From Eledone cirrhosa (Eukaryota), in contig OZ024745.1 in NCBI GenBank assembly GCA_964016885.1, positions 78,988,001 through 79,052,000 on the forward strand: 64,000 bases of DNA, read 5' to 3'. Numbering within the stretch: position 1 is the first letter of the stretch; each line of letters starts with the position of its first letter. Below the pieces are notes generated by a model, which worked only from the letters and a program-made list of their open reading frames with translations, was not told the origin of the DNA and did no database searches. Positions 49,608 through 63,598 of this stretch are shown here, piece by piece. Both the position numbers and the translations under genes were made by a program.

Positions 49608-49952
49608 GGAGGCACATGGCTTAGTGGTTAGAGCATTGGCCTTGCAATCAAAAGGTTGTGAGTTCAATTCTCAGACCGGGTGATGTGTTGTTTCCTTGAG
49701 CAAGACACTTTATTTCACATTGCTCCAGTTTACTCAGCTGTAGAAATGAGATGATAGGGACTGGGGTCTATATCACTCCACTGCAAAGTGGTCGTGGAGG
49801 TGCCACGGCAAAAAAGCACCCAGCACTCACTGTAAATGAGGTTGGTGTTAGGAAGGGCATCCAGCTGTAGAAATCAAGCCAGAATCAGTTCCCGTCCCAC
49901 CCTTGCAAGCAGGGAAAAAGCGGACGTAAAATGAAATGATGATGATGATGAT
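49608..49952 (+). mobile_element. tRNA-derived CORE-like SINE with RTE-derived tail
   Basis: A-box tggcttagtgg, B-box gagttcaattc, MIR-core-like ccttgagcaagacactt...ctcagctgtagaaatgag, RTE tail, (GAT)n. Confidence 0.88.
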
Positions 49953-50059
49953 ATATATATATATTCATTTATATATATATATACATATATATATATTCAT
50001 TTATATACATATACATTTATATATATATACATATATATATATATTCATTTATATATATA

Positions 50060-51365
50060 GCTGAATCAATGGCCGAACTAGAGAAGAAATTCCAAACATG
50101 GAAGCATGGCCTAGAATCAAAAGGCCTGTCTAAACTAAAGTTCTAGTTTGTAGGAAGGAAAATAGGACACCAGTCCCATCTGGGAAATGGCCATGCTCAG
50201 TGTGTAGGAATGGAGTAGGCAGAAACTCCATTTTATGTCCCAAATGCAAAGTATAGGTGCATAAAAGATGTAGTGGGATCACAGGTAAGCTAACTAAGAA
50301 TATAGATTTTATATGTGGCCGGTGCTCTGGTGCAATAAGTAGCAGCAAGTGCCCACAAAATACTAGCTCATTTCATTGCACAGATGGTTCTATAGAAATA
50401 GTGGACACCTTCCGTTTCCTGGGTGACAAAATCAGCAGTGGTGGAGGGTGCTCTGAAAGTACAGTAGCTAGAGTCAGAACGGGATGGAAAAAGTTCGGAG
50501 AGCTTATACCACTATTGGCCGCTAAAGGGTTCTCTCTAAATATGAAAGGCAGGCTGTATGATGCCTGCATACGAACAGCAATGTTACATGGCAGTGAGAC
50601 CTGGGCATTGTGTGCAGAGGATATACGCAGACTGGAGAGGAACGAAGCTTGCATGCTCCGCTGGATGTGTAATAGTAATATACGTGAATGGCAAAGCATA
50701 AACGAACTAAGGGAGAAATTAGGCATAAAAGGGATCAGATGTTGTTTACTCGAGAGAAGACTACGTTGGTACGGTCAGGTGATGCGCATGAAAGACGACA
50801 GCTGTATAAAAAAGTGCAGGGCGATAAAAATATACTGTAGCCACGGAGTAGACAGACCCAGAAAAACCTGGGACATGATAAATTCCGACCTCACACACTT
50901 ACACCTCTCCAAGACAATGTCACTCGACCGAGATCTTTGGCGCTACACAGTAATACAGAAGACCCGCCTTGCCTGAGTACAAAGCGAAACCTACAGTCAG
51001 TAGACACCTCTAACAAAAATACAGCCCCGTCCCACTACCCCCACCCCTTTCAATGTAAAGTTATAAAAAAAACACAGTCCACGCTGTAATGTGGCCGTGT
51101 AGGTAACACGGTAAAAACCTCCCAGTCCACACTGTAAACGTGGTTGGTGTTAGGAAGGGCATCAGCCGTAGAAAACCCGCCAGACAGTCCTATACGAGCA
51201 AGGCAACCAATCTTGCCTCAAGTGGGAAAATTCCCGTCCAAACCCATATACATATATACATATATATATTCATATATATATATATTCATATGCATATATA
51301 TATTCATATATATATTCATATGCAAGCATGGAATATGGACGTTAAACGATGATGATGATGATGAT
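50060..51365 (+). mobile_element. RTE 3' third with UTR, tail interrupted by TA satellite
   Basis: ORF 50257-50976. Confidence 0.92.
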
Positions 51366-51411
51366 GATACATATACATACATATATAAATTCATTTATAT
51401 ATATATACATA

Positions 51412-54400
51412 CATCATCATCATCATCATCATCAACGTTTAACGTCCGTGTTCCACGCTTGCATGGGTTTGGACGGGGGTAGTCCCACTTGAGGCAAGAG
51501 TGATTGTCTTGCTCGCATAGGACTGTCTGGCAGGTTTTCTACAGTTGGATGCCCTTCCTAACACCAACCACATTTACAGTGTGGGTCTGGGAGGTTTTTA
51601 CCGTGTTGCCTACACGGCCACATTACAGCGTGGACTGTGTGTTTTTTTGTCGTGACACCTACACGATCTCATTTGTTTCGGCCTGGATGGTGTGGCACCA
51701 ACATAACTTTACATAGAACGGGGTGGTGTGAATGGGGTGTGTGTGTGGGGGGGGGGGGGGGTTATTTTGTTAGAGATGCCTACTGGCTGTAGTAGGTTTT
51801 ACTATGTATTTAGGTAAGGCGGGTCTTCTCTGTTACTGAGTACCGCCAAAGGTCTCGGTCCAGTGACATTGTCTTGGAGAGGTGTAAGTGTGTGAGGTCG
51901 GAGTTTATCAGCTCGTCCCAGGTTTTTCTAGGTCTGCCTATTCCGTGGCTACCGTCTATCTTTATTGCCCTGCACTTTGTTATACAGCTATCGACTTTCA
52001 TGCGCATCACGTGTCCATACCAACGTAGCCTTCTCTCGAGTAAACAACATCTGATCCCTCTTATTTCTAATTTTTTTCCTTAGTTCGTTTATGCTTTGCC
52101 GTTCACGTATATTACTGTTACACATTCAGCGGAGCATGCAAGCTTCGTTCCTCTCTAGTCTGCGTATATCCTCTGCACACAATGCCCAGGTCTCACTGCC
52201 ATGCAACATTGCTGTTCGTATGCAGGCATCGTACAACCTGCCTTTCATTTTTAGGGAGAATCCTTTAGCAGCTAATAGTGGTATAAGCTCTCTGAACTTT
52301 TTCCAACCAGTTCTGACTCTAGCTACTGTACTTTCAGAGCACCCTCCCCCACTGCTGATTTTATCACCCAGGTAATGGAAACTGTCCACTATTTCTATAG
52401 AACCCTCTGCACAATTGAAAGAGCTAGTATTTTGTGGGCACTTGCTGCTACTTATTGCACCAGAGCACCGGCCACATGTAAAATCTATGTTCTTAGTTAG
52501 CTTACCTGTGATCCCACTACATCTTTTATGCACCCATACTTTGCATTTAGGACATAAAATGGAGTTTCTACCTACGCCTTTCCTACACACCGAACATGGC
52601 CATTTCCCAGAAGGTATCGCCGCCTTATTTTCTTTCCTACAAACTAGAACTTTAGTCTTAGCCAGGTTAATTTTAAGTCCTTTTGATTCTAGGCCGTGCT
52701 TCCATGTTTGGAATTTCTTCTCTAGCTCGGCCATTGATTCCGCTATGAGTGTCAGGTCGTCTGCGTATAGGAGTTCCCATGGGCAGCCGGTCTTGAACTC
52801 CTCTGTTATAGCCTGAAGGGCAATAATAAATAGTAGGGGCTGAGAACAGAGCCCTGATGGACGCCAACTTTTACGCTAAACTCTTCACTATATTCGTTGT
52901 TAATTCTAACCTTGCTGACTGTTTCTTTATACATGGCTTGTATAGCTCTCACAAGCCATTCGTCAACGCCTAGTTTTCTAAGAGCCCACCAGATAATGGA
53001 GCGGGGGACTCTGTCGAAGGCTTTCTCCAAGTCGACAAAAGCTAAGTAGAGGGGTTTACCTTTAGCTAGGTACTTCTCCTGTAGTTGTCGTACAATGAAA
53101 AGAGCGTCTGTGGTACTTTTGCCTGACACAAACCCGAACTGCATTTCATCTAGGTCAATTCTCTCTCTGATTAGTTGTGCTATTACTTTTTCCGTGACCT
53201 TCATGACCTGGTCGATTAATTTAATGCCTCTATAGTTACTCCTATCTAGGGCGTCTCCTTTACCCTTATAACAGTTAACGATGATGCTGCTATGCCAGTC
53301 CTTCGGAACAACCCCATTCTGTACGACTTGGTTAACTATGCGGGTGACCATGGTGTGTCCCACCGTGCCAGATGCCTTCAGCATCTCAGCAACTATTTCC
53401 GAAGGCCCAGCCGCCTTACCCGTCTTCATATCCTTGATTGCCTTACTTATTATACTCCCCTCGACTAACACTGCTGGTCCCTCTATCGGGTCGATATGGG
53501 GGAGACTGTCTTTCTCCCATTTATTCTCCTCATTTAGTAGCCTTTCATAGTGACACTTCCAAGCTACCTTCTTATCAGCGTCGGTGATGGCAAGTATGCC
53601 ATCATCGTTAAGTACACACTTCTCCCCGACAATATCACGGTTTTCCTTGACGCATTGCCTAGCAATCCTGAACACCTCACGTTTTTGGTCATCGCATTGT
53701 AGAACATGCTTGAACTTTCTTTCCTCAGCTTCCCTTCTTGCTAAGTACACTTGTCTCCTAGCTTCCCTCCTGGCCACTTGATAGTCTTCTCTACTTCCCC
53801 CATCCCGCCATACTTTCCAAGCCTGCTTTTTGGCCTTAATTGACCCCTCCACCTTATTGTTCCACCACCATGTTACTCTCCTCCTGCCTACAGGCCTGCT
53901 CCAGCCACAGACTTCGTCTGTCGCCAACAGCAGGTTTGCTTTCAGAAATTCCCACTGTCCCTCTATATTGTCCGACTCTAAATGTTCTTCCTTACTGTCG
54001 AAAGCATCAAGTAATATGCTTTGAAATTTATTTCTGGCTGTGGGGTCCTTTAGCTTCCATATTTTTCTCCTGAGGATAGTCCTCTTCTGCTGTCGAGTAC
54101 ATCTCGTCCTGACTATGAGGTCGCTAATTATCAGTCTATGTTGGGAGGTGCATTCTTCATGGGGGAGGGATTTAGTGTTTACAACAGACACTCTGTCACG
54201 TCTTCTGGTAAGGATATAATCTACCTGGCTTGTGTGTTCCCCGGATCTATAGGTGATCAGGTGATTGTCACGTTTTTTGAAGTTAGTGTTACAGATAGTT
54301 AGGTTATTTGCATCACAGAATTCCAGGATTCTGGAGCCTTCCTCATTTCTAGTACCAAACCCATAGCCTCCATGGATTTCATCGTAGCCGTCACAATGTT

Positions 54401-54598
54401 GTCCAACGTGACCATTTAGGTCGCCTGCAATAATTATATAGTCACTGTCGGATATTTGGGAGGTAGTTAGCATTAGTGTCTCATAGAATCTGTCTTTTAT
54501 AGTGCCGGGCAGTCCGGATTGGGGTACGTACGCAGATATTACTGTCACCGTAGTTCTATTGAGGACAAGTCGTATTTTAATTATTCTGTCGTTCACTC
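51412..54598 (-). mobile_element. Near-complete, little-decayed RTE LINE (APE + RT + PHD-like finger; two frameshifts; 5' truncated)
   Basis: ORFs 52806-54596 (596 aa), 52126-52734 and 51810-52010 are collinear. Confidence 0.95.
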
Positions 54599-56042
54599 TA
54601 TATATATATATTCATTTATATATATATACATATACATACATACATATATATATATTCATTTATATCATTATCATCATCGTTTAACGTCTATCTTCCACGC
54701 TAGCATGGGTTTAGACGGGAATTGTTCCACTTGAGGCAAGATTGGTTGTCTTGTTCGTATAAGACTATCTGGCAGGTTTTCTACGGCTGGATGCCCTTCC
54801 TAACACCAACCACATTTAAAGTGTGAACTGGGAATTTTTTACCGTGTTACCTACACGGCCACATTACAGCGTGGACTGTGTGTTTTTTTTTGTTGTGACA
54901 CCTGCACGACCTCATTTATTAAGGACTGAATTTTGTGGTACCAACATAACTTTACAGAGAGAGGGTGGTGTTGGTGGGAGTGGGGGGTGTATATTTGATT
55001 AAGAGGTGCCTACTGACTGTAGGTTTTGCTATGTACATAGGCAAGGCGGGTCTTCTGTATTACTGCGTAGCGCCAAAGCTCTCGGTCCAGTGACATTGTC
55101 TTAGAGAAGTGTAAGAGTGTAAGGTCGGAATTTATCAAATCATCCCAGGTTTTTCTGGGTCTAGCTACTGCGTAACTTCCATCAATTTTGATCACCCTGC
55201 ACTTTTTTATACAGCTGTCGTCTTTCATGCGCATCACGTGACCATACCAACGAAGTCTTCTTTTGAGTAAACAGCATCTGATCCCTCTTAATCCTAATTT
55301 CTCACTTAGTTCATTTATGCTTTGCCGTTAGCGTATATTACTATTACACATCCAACGGAGCATGCATGCTTCGTTCCTCTCCAGTCTGCGCAGGTCTTCT
55401 GCACACAATGCCCATGTCTCACTGCCATGTAACATTGCTGTTCAGATGCACGCATCATACAGTCTACCTTTCATTTTTAGAGAGAAACCTTTTTCCATCG
55501 CGTTCTGACTCTGGCTACTGTACTTTCAAAGCACCCTCCACCATTGCTGATCTTGTCACCCAGGTAACGGAAGGTGTCCACTATTTCTATAGAACTATCT
55601 GGGCAATAGAAGGAGCTAGTATCCTGTGGGCACATGCTACTTATTGCACCTGAGCACCGCCCACATATAAAATCTATGTTCTTAGTTAGCTTACCTGAGA
55701 TCCCACTACATCTTTTATGTACTCATAGTTTGCATTTGGGACATAAAATGGAATTTCTGCCTACTCCTTTCCTACACACTGAGCATGGCCATTTCCCAGA
55801 GGGGACCAGTGCCCTATTTTCCTTTCTACATACTAGAACTTTATTCTTAGACAAGTTAACTTTAAGGCCTTTTGATTCTAGACCATGCTTCCATGTTTGG
55901 AATTTCTTCTCTAGTTCGGCCATCGATTCAGCTGAGAGTTAGATCATCAGCGTATAGAAGTTCCCATGGGCAGCCGGTGTTGAACTCCTCTGTTATAGCC
56001 TGAAGAGCAATAATAAATAGGAGGGGGCTAAGGACAGAGCCT

Positions 56043-56357
56043 TCATCATCATTTCATTTTACGTCCGCTTTTCCCTGCTTGCAAGGGTGGGACGGGAACT
56101 GATTCTGGCTTGATTTCTACAGCTGGATGCCCTTCCTAACACCAACCTCATTTACAGTGAGTGCTGGGTGCTTTTTTTTCCGTGGCACCTCAACAACCAC
56201 TTTGCAGTGGAATGATAGGGACCCCAGTCCCTATCATCTCATTCTACAGCTGAGTAAACTGGAGCAATGTGAAATAAAGTGTTTTGCTCAAGGAAACAAC
56301 ACATCACCCGGTCTGAGAATTGAACTCACAACCTTTCGATTGCAAGGCCAATGCTCT
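56043..56357 (-). mobile_element. CORE-like tRNA SINE nested in RTE
   Basis: Reverse complement of 49630-49950; the host RTE frame (GVHQ|GSVLSP) resumes on both sides. Confidence 0.9.
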
Positions 56358-57510
56358 TGATGAACACAAACTTTTACGCTAAATTCTTCACTATATTCAT
56401 TGTCAATTCTAACCTCGCTGACTGTTTCTTTATATATGGCTTGTATAGCTCTCACAAGCCATTCGTCAACACCTAGTTTTCTAAGAGCCCACCAGATAAT
56501 GGAGCGGGGGACTCTGTCAAAGGCTTTCTCCAGGTCTACAAAAGCTAAGTAGAGGTGTTTACTTTTAGCTAGGTACTTCTCCTGTAGATGTCGTACAAGG
56601 AAAAGAGTGTCTGTGGTACTTTTACCTGACACAAACCCAAACTGCATTTCATCTAGATTAATTTGCTCTCTGATTAGTTGCGCTATAACTCTTTCTGTGA
56701 CCTTCATGACCTGGTCAACTAATTTAATGCCTCTGTAGTTTCCCCTATCTAGGGCATCTCATTTACCCTTGTAGCAGTTAATGATGATGCTGCTACACCA
56801 GTCATTTGGTATGATCTCATATGATATTACTTGGTTTACTATCCGGGTGACCATAGTGTGTCCCACCATTCCAGATGCTTTCAGCATTTCAACAACTACC
56901 TCCGAAGGCCCAGCTGCCTTGCCTGTCTTCATATCTTTGATTGCCTTACTTATTATACTACTTTTAACTTGCACTGCTGGTCCCTCTATTTTGATCGATT
57001 TGGAGCAGACTATCTTTTTCCCACTTATTCTCCTCATTTAGTAGTCTCTTGTAGTGACACTTCCAAGCTACCTTCTTATCAGCATCAGTGATGGCAAGTA
57101 CACCATCATCATTACGGACACACTTCTCCCCAACAATATCACTGTTTTCCTTTACACATTGTCTTGCAATCCTGAACACCTCGTGTTTTTGGTCCTCGCG
57201 TTGTAGAACATGCTTAAACTTTCTTTCCCTTCTTGCAAAGTACACTTGTCTCCTAGCTTCTCTCCTGGCCACTTGATAGTGTTCTCTACTTCCCCCATCC
57301 CGCTATGCTTTCCAAGCCTGCTTTTTGGCCTTGATTGACTCCTCCACCTTACTGTTCCACCACCAAGTTACTCTCCTCCAGCCTATAGGTCTGCTCCATT
57401 CACAGATTTCATCTGTCGCCTTCAGCAGGTTAACTTTCAGGAATTCCCACTGTTCCTCTATACTGTACATCTCTAATTGCTCTTCCTTACTGTCAAAAGT
57501 ATCAAGTAAT

Positions 57511-57852
57511 TCATCATTTCATCATTTCATCATTTTTACGTCCGCTTTTCCCTGCTTGCAAGGGTGGGACGGGAACTGATTCTGGCTTGATTTCTACAGC
57601 TGGATGCCCTTCCTAACACCAACCTCATTTACAGTGAGTGCTGGGTGCTTTTTTTTTTGCCGTGGCACCTCCATGACCACTTTGCAGTGGAATGATAGGG
57701 ATCCCAGTCCCTATCATCTCATTTCTACAGCTGAGTAAACTGGAGCAATGTGAAATAAAGTCTCTTGCTCAAGGAAACAACACATCACCCGGTCTGAGAA
57801 TTGAACTCACAACCTTTCGATTGCAAGGCCAATGCTCTAACCACTAAGCCAT
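57511..57852 (-). mobile_element. CORE-like tRNA SINE nested in RTE
   Basis: Reverse complement of 49616-49950; the host sequence caagtaat|atgct rejoins. Confidence 0.9.
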
Positions 57853-58950
57853 ATGCTTTTAAATTTGTTACTGGCTGTGGGGTCCTTTAACTTCCATATT
57901 CTTCTCCTCAGGGTAGTCCTCCTCTGTTGTCGAGTACGTCTAGTCCTGACTACGAGGTCACTAACTATGAGGCTATGTTGGGAGGTGCATTCTTCACTGG
58001 GGAGGGATTTAGTGTTACATCTTCTGGTAAGGATATAATCTATCTGACTAGCGTGTTCCCCTGATCTATAAGTGATCAAGTGATTGTCTCGTTTTTGAAG
58101 TTTGTGTTACAGATAGTTAGGTTATTTGCGTCACAAAATTCCAGGTTTCTGAAGCCTTCCTCATTTCTAGTACCAAACCCATGGATTCCGTCATAGCCAT
58201 CACAATGTTGTCCAACATGACCATTTAGGTCGCCAGCAATAATTATGTAGTCACTGTCGGTTATTTGGGAAGTAGTGAACATTAGCGACTCATAGAATCT
58301 GTCTTTTATAACACCAGGTAGTCCAGATTGGGGTGCGTAAGCGGATATTATTGTCACAGTAGTTCTATTTAGGACTAGTCTTATTTTAATTATTCTGTCG
58401 TCTACTCTATTTACGGCAATTACCTTATCTACCCATTTTTCTGCTAACATAATTCCTATTCCACCCAGCTCATTGTCATTTCCCACCCAGAAATGTTTAT
58501 GGCATTGGTTTTTACCCACAATGAATCTAGCAGACCCACCCCTCCACCTGGTCTCTTGAACACAACAAACATCAACTTCCTTACATTCAAGCATCTCTAC
58601 AACCTCATTAGAGCGACCTTTTAAAGTGCCTACATTCATGGTACCAACTCTGAAGTTTTGGATTTTGTTGGGTGGGTGGAAGGGATGGGTTAGAGGCGCA
58701 GTGAGGGGTGAGGAAGATGGGGTTATGTTAGCCATCCGTGTCTGAAATAAAGAGGAGTCCTTGCATTCTCGTCTGGCAACAGGAGGTGAATTTATCTTTA
58801 TCTTTGATATTGTCATTGAGTGTTCAGATTCTTCAGACTCTCCAAATTCTGTAGCCCATCTAGCATATCGGAAATACATACACATATATATTCATTCATA
58901 TATATATATATAACAAAGGTCCAGAATTAGCCGTCGGGGTCCTACTCGTT

Positions 58951-59097
<147 letters not shown>

Positions 59098-59951
59098 AGC
59101 GAAGTCCAAGCTTCTCATCTATATTCTACGAAATGATAAAACTTCACTTTTTCAAACTATTCACCAAACTTCCATTCTACGGAATATTTACAGTGACTTC
59201 GCTTTTATGTTTCGATTAATTACCAAACACTTCACCACTTGCTTCGTAATCTCCAACAACAACAGCTGACAATACTACTAGCTTCCAAGCAAGAATCCGA
59301 TCACATAAAGAAGAGAAAACTAAACTTTTTCTAAAGAGCAGTTATATAATTTTTTTTTTTTTTTTTTTTACAGGTTATATATGATTGTCATTTTTATTTT
59401 TTTTTATTCGTTTTACTGAATTATATGCCTGTATGAATAACACATTTTGCTTCAACACACATCATTTTCTTTGCCACACCAACATGTTTTTTTTGTCTAT
59501 GGTATATTCTGGATTCGGTTGGGTCTCTGCAGGATTTCAACTTGTTGAAGTTCCGCAACAGCTATTTAACACATGATAATCAACCCACGGTTACTACTCG
59601 CTCAACTCACTGAGCACGCAACTCAAAATTGCACACACTCATGTCATAGCGTAAACCTCGACTCACTGGAAGAGAATCTTACGTATGATAATACATCGAG
59701 AGAAATAGTCCTGTGTTGTCATATCGTAATCCGATACCGTAACCCCAACGTCCATCCATACACAACAGTTCGAAATACATGATCACAACTTTGTATTTTA
59801 ATAGTTTCTCTCTCTCCAAATTTCTCTACACTCGAAGTGCGGGTGCAGTACCCACATTTTGTGTGTTTTGGGACACGCTTCTAGAAATCAGATTTCGCTA
59901 CCCCTTTTATAATCGGTCGCTGCTCCTGCATCGATCTGGGTAGGGAACTAA

Positions 59952-60568
59952 TGTAGCGAAGCCTGTCTGCGCCTTGAACCTTGGGTGACACCTAAAGGTC
60001 AAATTCTAGGTCATCACCCTTTTGGTGTGAACAGGTTCATGCGTGGGCTATCCACTCAAGGTGGGAGACAGGAAGCGACAGGTATATAAAGCCTGTATCA
60101 TCCCACTTTAGGGAGAGACATCAGAGCACTACGATACACAACAAGCTACGTAAAGATTAACCGCTAGCTTCAGGCCTCAGGGGTCTACAGAAATACAGAG
60201 CGATCAGAGCCCTACTACTACAGACCCGCTATGTGAAAGATTCACCGCTATGTACAAGCCCCAGGAGTCTACAATCAATTACAGACTATTACTCTCTCTC
60301 ACTCACTCTGGTCTCAGACTCACGACCAGAACTACTATGACGACTGCAACAAACTTTAACCACCAACAAATATTATCTGATCGTTCCGTGTAATCAACAA
60401 CAAAATAACATTGTCAACCTTCTCAACTCGTGGTAACTGTTTTATTGTACTTTTTGATAGAAGTGAAGTAAATCATTATATATAAACTAAATCATTATTC
60501 TTGTTATAATCATTTCTAATAACCACATATAACCATCTTTAATTACTTTAAAAATACCCTTCGTTATA
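59952..60568 (+). mobile_element. Solo-LTR-like element (about 617 bp)
   Basis: Terminal inverted repeats TGTAGCGAAG...CTTCGTTATA; TATATAAA near 60083; internal 80-bp duplication; homologous to 4070-4490. No TSD evident. Confidence 0.65.
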
Positions 60569-60589
60569 CATATACATACATATATATTT

Positions 60590-60818
60590 ATGCCCCCACA
60601 CCCTCCCACTGCAAGGTAGTCGTGGAGGTGCCACGGCAAAGAAGCACCCAGCACTCACTGTAAATGAGGTTGGTGTTAGGAAGTGCATCCAGCTGTAGAA
60701 ATCAAGCCAGAATCAGTTCCCGTATGAGCAAGACAAGGTCAGCCGACCGGACACTGCCCACAACAGGGCAACCTGTCTAACCCATGCTAGCGTGGAAAAA
60801 CGGACGTAAAACGGTGAT
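60590..60818 (+). mobile_element. RTE 3' UTR/tail fragment
   Basis: Near-identical to 19365-19640. Confidence 0.88.
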
Positions 60819-60824
60819 ATATTC

Positions 60825-60862
<38 letters not shown>

Positions 60863-61060
60863 ATATATATATACATATATATATATTAAATATAAGTATG
60901 TACACATACATATATGTATTCAGACGTACAGTAGTATGTATATATATATATATATATACATACATGCACACATATAAAAATGAACGTATGGATTCACCGA
61001 ACATTTATTATAATGGTCGTTTATAATTTGCTTGTATATATATATATATATATTTTCATT

Positions 61061-61099
<39 letters not shown>

Positions 61100-61104
61100 T
61101 CATT

Positions 61105-61137
<33 letters not shown>

Positions 61138-61139
61138 TC

Positions 61140-61171
<32 letters not shown>

Positions 61172-61173
<2 letters not shown>

Positions 61174-63598
61174 TTGCGAGGTTTTTGATATGAAATCGTG
61201 TGTCGAAACAAATATTGTTATACTTGGGGAGGGTCATATTTGTGTAATAGTGCCAGAATTAATAACAGAATACACTCACTGTTTGGTTGGTTTTCGCTTC
61301 TGTGTCTTTTATATCGGTTAATTTAATTTATTCGGTCCTCAATGTTGCCACTGACTGACCAACGGTCAAAAATACAGATACAATATAGACACAAACACAT
61401 ATATATAGTTTATCAAAGTTCTTTCGTTGCACATCTGCAACATCGTCAGTGGTGCTATTGTTTCCTCCCGTTGCATTGTATTTTCTACGCCATCTTTATT
61501 TAGTCTGTTTATATATATTTTTTATTTTTTGTCCTCTTTGCGCATGCGTTTGCGTGTGTGTATAGTGTTTGATGTGTGTTCGTGATTGGGTGACTGTGTA
61601 TTGGTTAATGTATTAAGTTCTATTTCACTGGCTTCTCTGATTTGCCTATTTGCTGGGTCATTTTTATGTTTAGATATTATTCTAATTTCTATGTTGTCTA
61701 TGTTACCCTCGAGTTGTTGTCTGGCATGTTCGTATAGTACTGAACCGTTTTTTCGTCCTTTTAGTTCCCCCCAGTGTTGGTCTATCCTTTCACCTATGCT
61801 ACGAGCTGTCTCGCCTATGTATGTTGTTGTCATGTTTCTGCGAGTACCCTCTGTACATCTTATCTATAGACTACGTTTCTAGTTTTACAGTTTATCCGGG
61901 GGTTTACCTTACATATGATACATTTCCTATTAGTACAGTGGGTTTTCTTAAAAGGGTAGGTTTTGCTGATCAGGGATTTTATGATGGTTCCTGGCTTTTC
62001 TACCACCTTAATCTTTAAGTGGGTCTTTCTCAGGGCCTTTCTATACTGGTTAGCTAATTTCCCTCCAGGGGTAGCGTCCACAAACATGATACTCTGGTAT
62101 CTCTGGTTGTCGTACCATGAGGTGGCTTTCCCTATCTAAGCTATTCATGATTTGCTCCTGTATAATGGGCAAATTCCTTTCATGTCCAGTTCTATGAGGG
62201 TCTTATACTTCTCTGTGGCTCCTTCGTATACTCTGATTCTGTCTCTTTGGTTGTAGCCAGAGAACTGCATGCGGTTGATGAAGTGTTGGATGTGTCTTTC
62301 CATTTCTGTTGGGTCGCACATGCGGGACACGTTCTTCATCACTCGTACCAAGTCTACGATCAGAATATTAAACTTAGCACTACTGGACATTGCTGAGTTT
62401 TTGAGTATCAGGTATTTGGAGGCCATGGGTTTAGTATAGTGTGAGTGGAGAATTTGAGCTCTCTCGTCTATAGTGTTAATCCAGAGTTCCATGTCTAATA
62501 CAGGTAGTCTATTGTTAGGGTGTTTGGAAAGGTAGTCGATAGTTACAGTTATACTCTGGTGTATGGAATTAGCTATCTGCTGGATGCTTTCCATTGTGTT
62601 ACGTTCTAAATCAAACTTGTTAGTGCTCTCTAGTGGGGATGTTCTTATAACTATATTGATATCGTCTACATAACGAGAGTACATGATGAGGTCTATGGCG
62701 CTCTCATTAAGGAGATCTTTAAGTCTCCTTTCCCACCATACCATTAAAAGGTTGGCAACGTCACCAGCTATGCTGATGCCAATGGCTGCTCCCTCATTTT
62801 GGGTGTAAATCTCGTTGAACTTGAATATGTGGCCCTTTAGGGTAGTTTTGATACTAGCCCCTATTGCATGTGCGACCATTTTTCTTACCTGATCATTGTT
62901 TTGGGGGGTCCGTATAGCTTTGGTCCACCCAATCCACCTTCCCATGGGAGTCTTTTTAGGCATTGAGGTTATGGTGGGGGGGTCTACCTCTTATGGGTCT
63001 ACTGGGGCAGAAACGTCTAAGGTCATGGCTGTCTAGGTAGTCAGTGTCTAAGTTAGTCTAAGTAGGAGGCCCAGTTCGTCTGTGTCGACATCGCAGAACT
63101 CCACCTCACTCTCAATGATCATCTCCACACATTTTTCCAGACTTATCCGTGGGTAAACATACTACCTCACCATCCCTTGTGCGCTGCTTGAGGCTAACCA
63201 AGCCTTCTACAGGTTTCCTCCCAAGTTGTTGTACCTCTGACCTGCTCTGTCTCTTAGTATACCGGTCTACTATTTGTCTAATCTTATTTCTAGCTATGGT
63301 GAACTGTGCCTCTGTCTCGTCATCTATTTGTTGTGGTATGCAAACTCTTTTATTATTATTATATGCAAAGATTATGTGCAACGAAAGAACTTTGATAAAC
63401 TATATATATGTTTGTGTCTATATTGTATCTGTAATCTGTATTTTTGACCGTTGGTCAGTCAATGGCAACATTGAGGAGCGAATAAATTAAATTAACCGAT
63501 ATAAAAGACACAGAAGCGAAAAGCGAAAACCAACCAAACAGTGTGTTCTGTTATTAATTCTGGCAATATTACACAAATATGACCCTCCCCAAGTATAA
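61172..63598 (-). mobile_element. Penelope-like element (RT + GIY-YIG) with inverted pseudo-LTR, decayed, flanked by TA satellites
   Basis: LPTDKSGK, TQNEGAAIG, YSRYVDD, LPVLD, HYTKP; CxxxxCxxC..NVVY..YIGETAR; inverted repeat 61218-61434 / 63374-63598. Confidence 0.93.
61410..61456 (-). ncRNA. Type-I hammerhead ribozyme in the PLE pseudo-LTR
   Basis: Minus strand ca-CTGACGA-t-gttgca-gatg-tgcaac-GAAA-gaac-TT-tg; stem I is weak. Confidence 0.7.

Larger units (their letters stand above)
54665..58880 (-). mobile_element. Near full-length RTE LINE interrupted by two SINEs
   Basis: FRVGTMNVGTL, VQETRWRG, GDLNGHVG through to IQKTRLA* and tail. Confidence 0.93.

Noticed and set aside
49608-49680. 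tRNA-like sequence with A and B boxes
   Set aside because: It is the head of a SINE present three times with CORE-like body and RTE tail; no complete acceptor stem.
59100-59950. Possible promoter/first exon, + strand exon after the poly-T-ACAG at 59373, or Helentron-like element
   Set aside because: No frame with recognisable homology or compatible phase, and no diagnostic termini; left unannotated.
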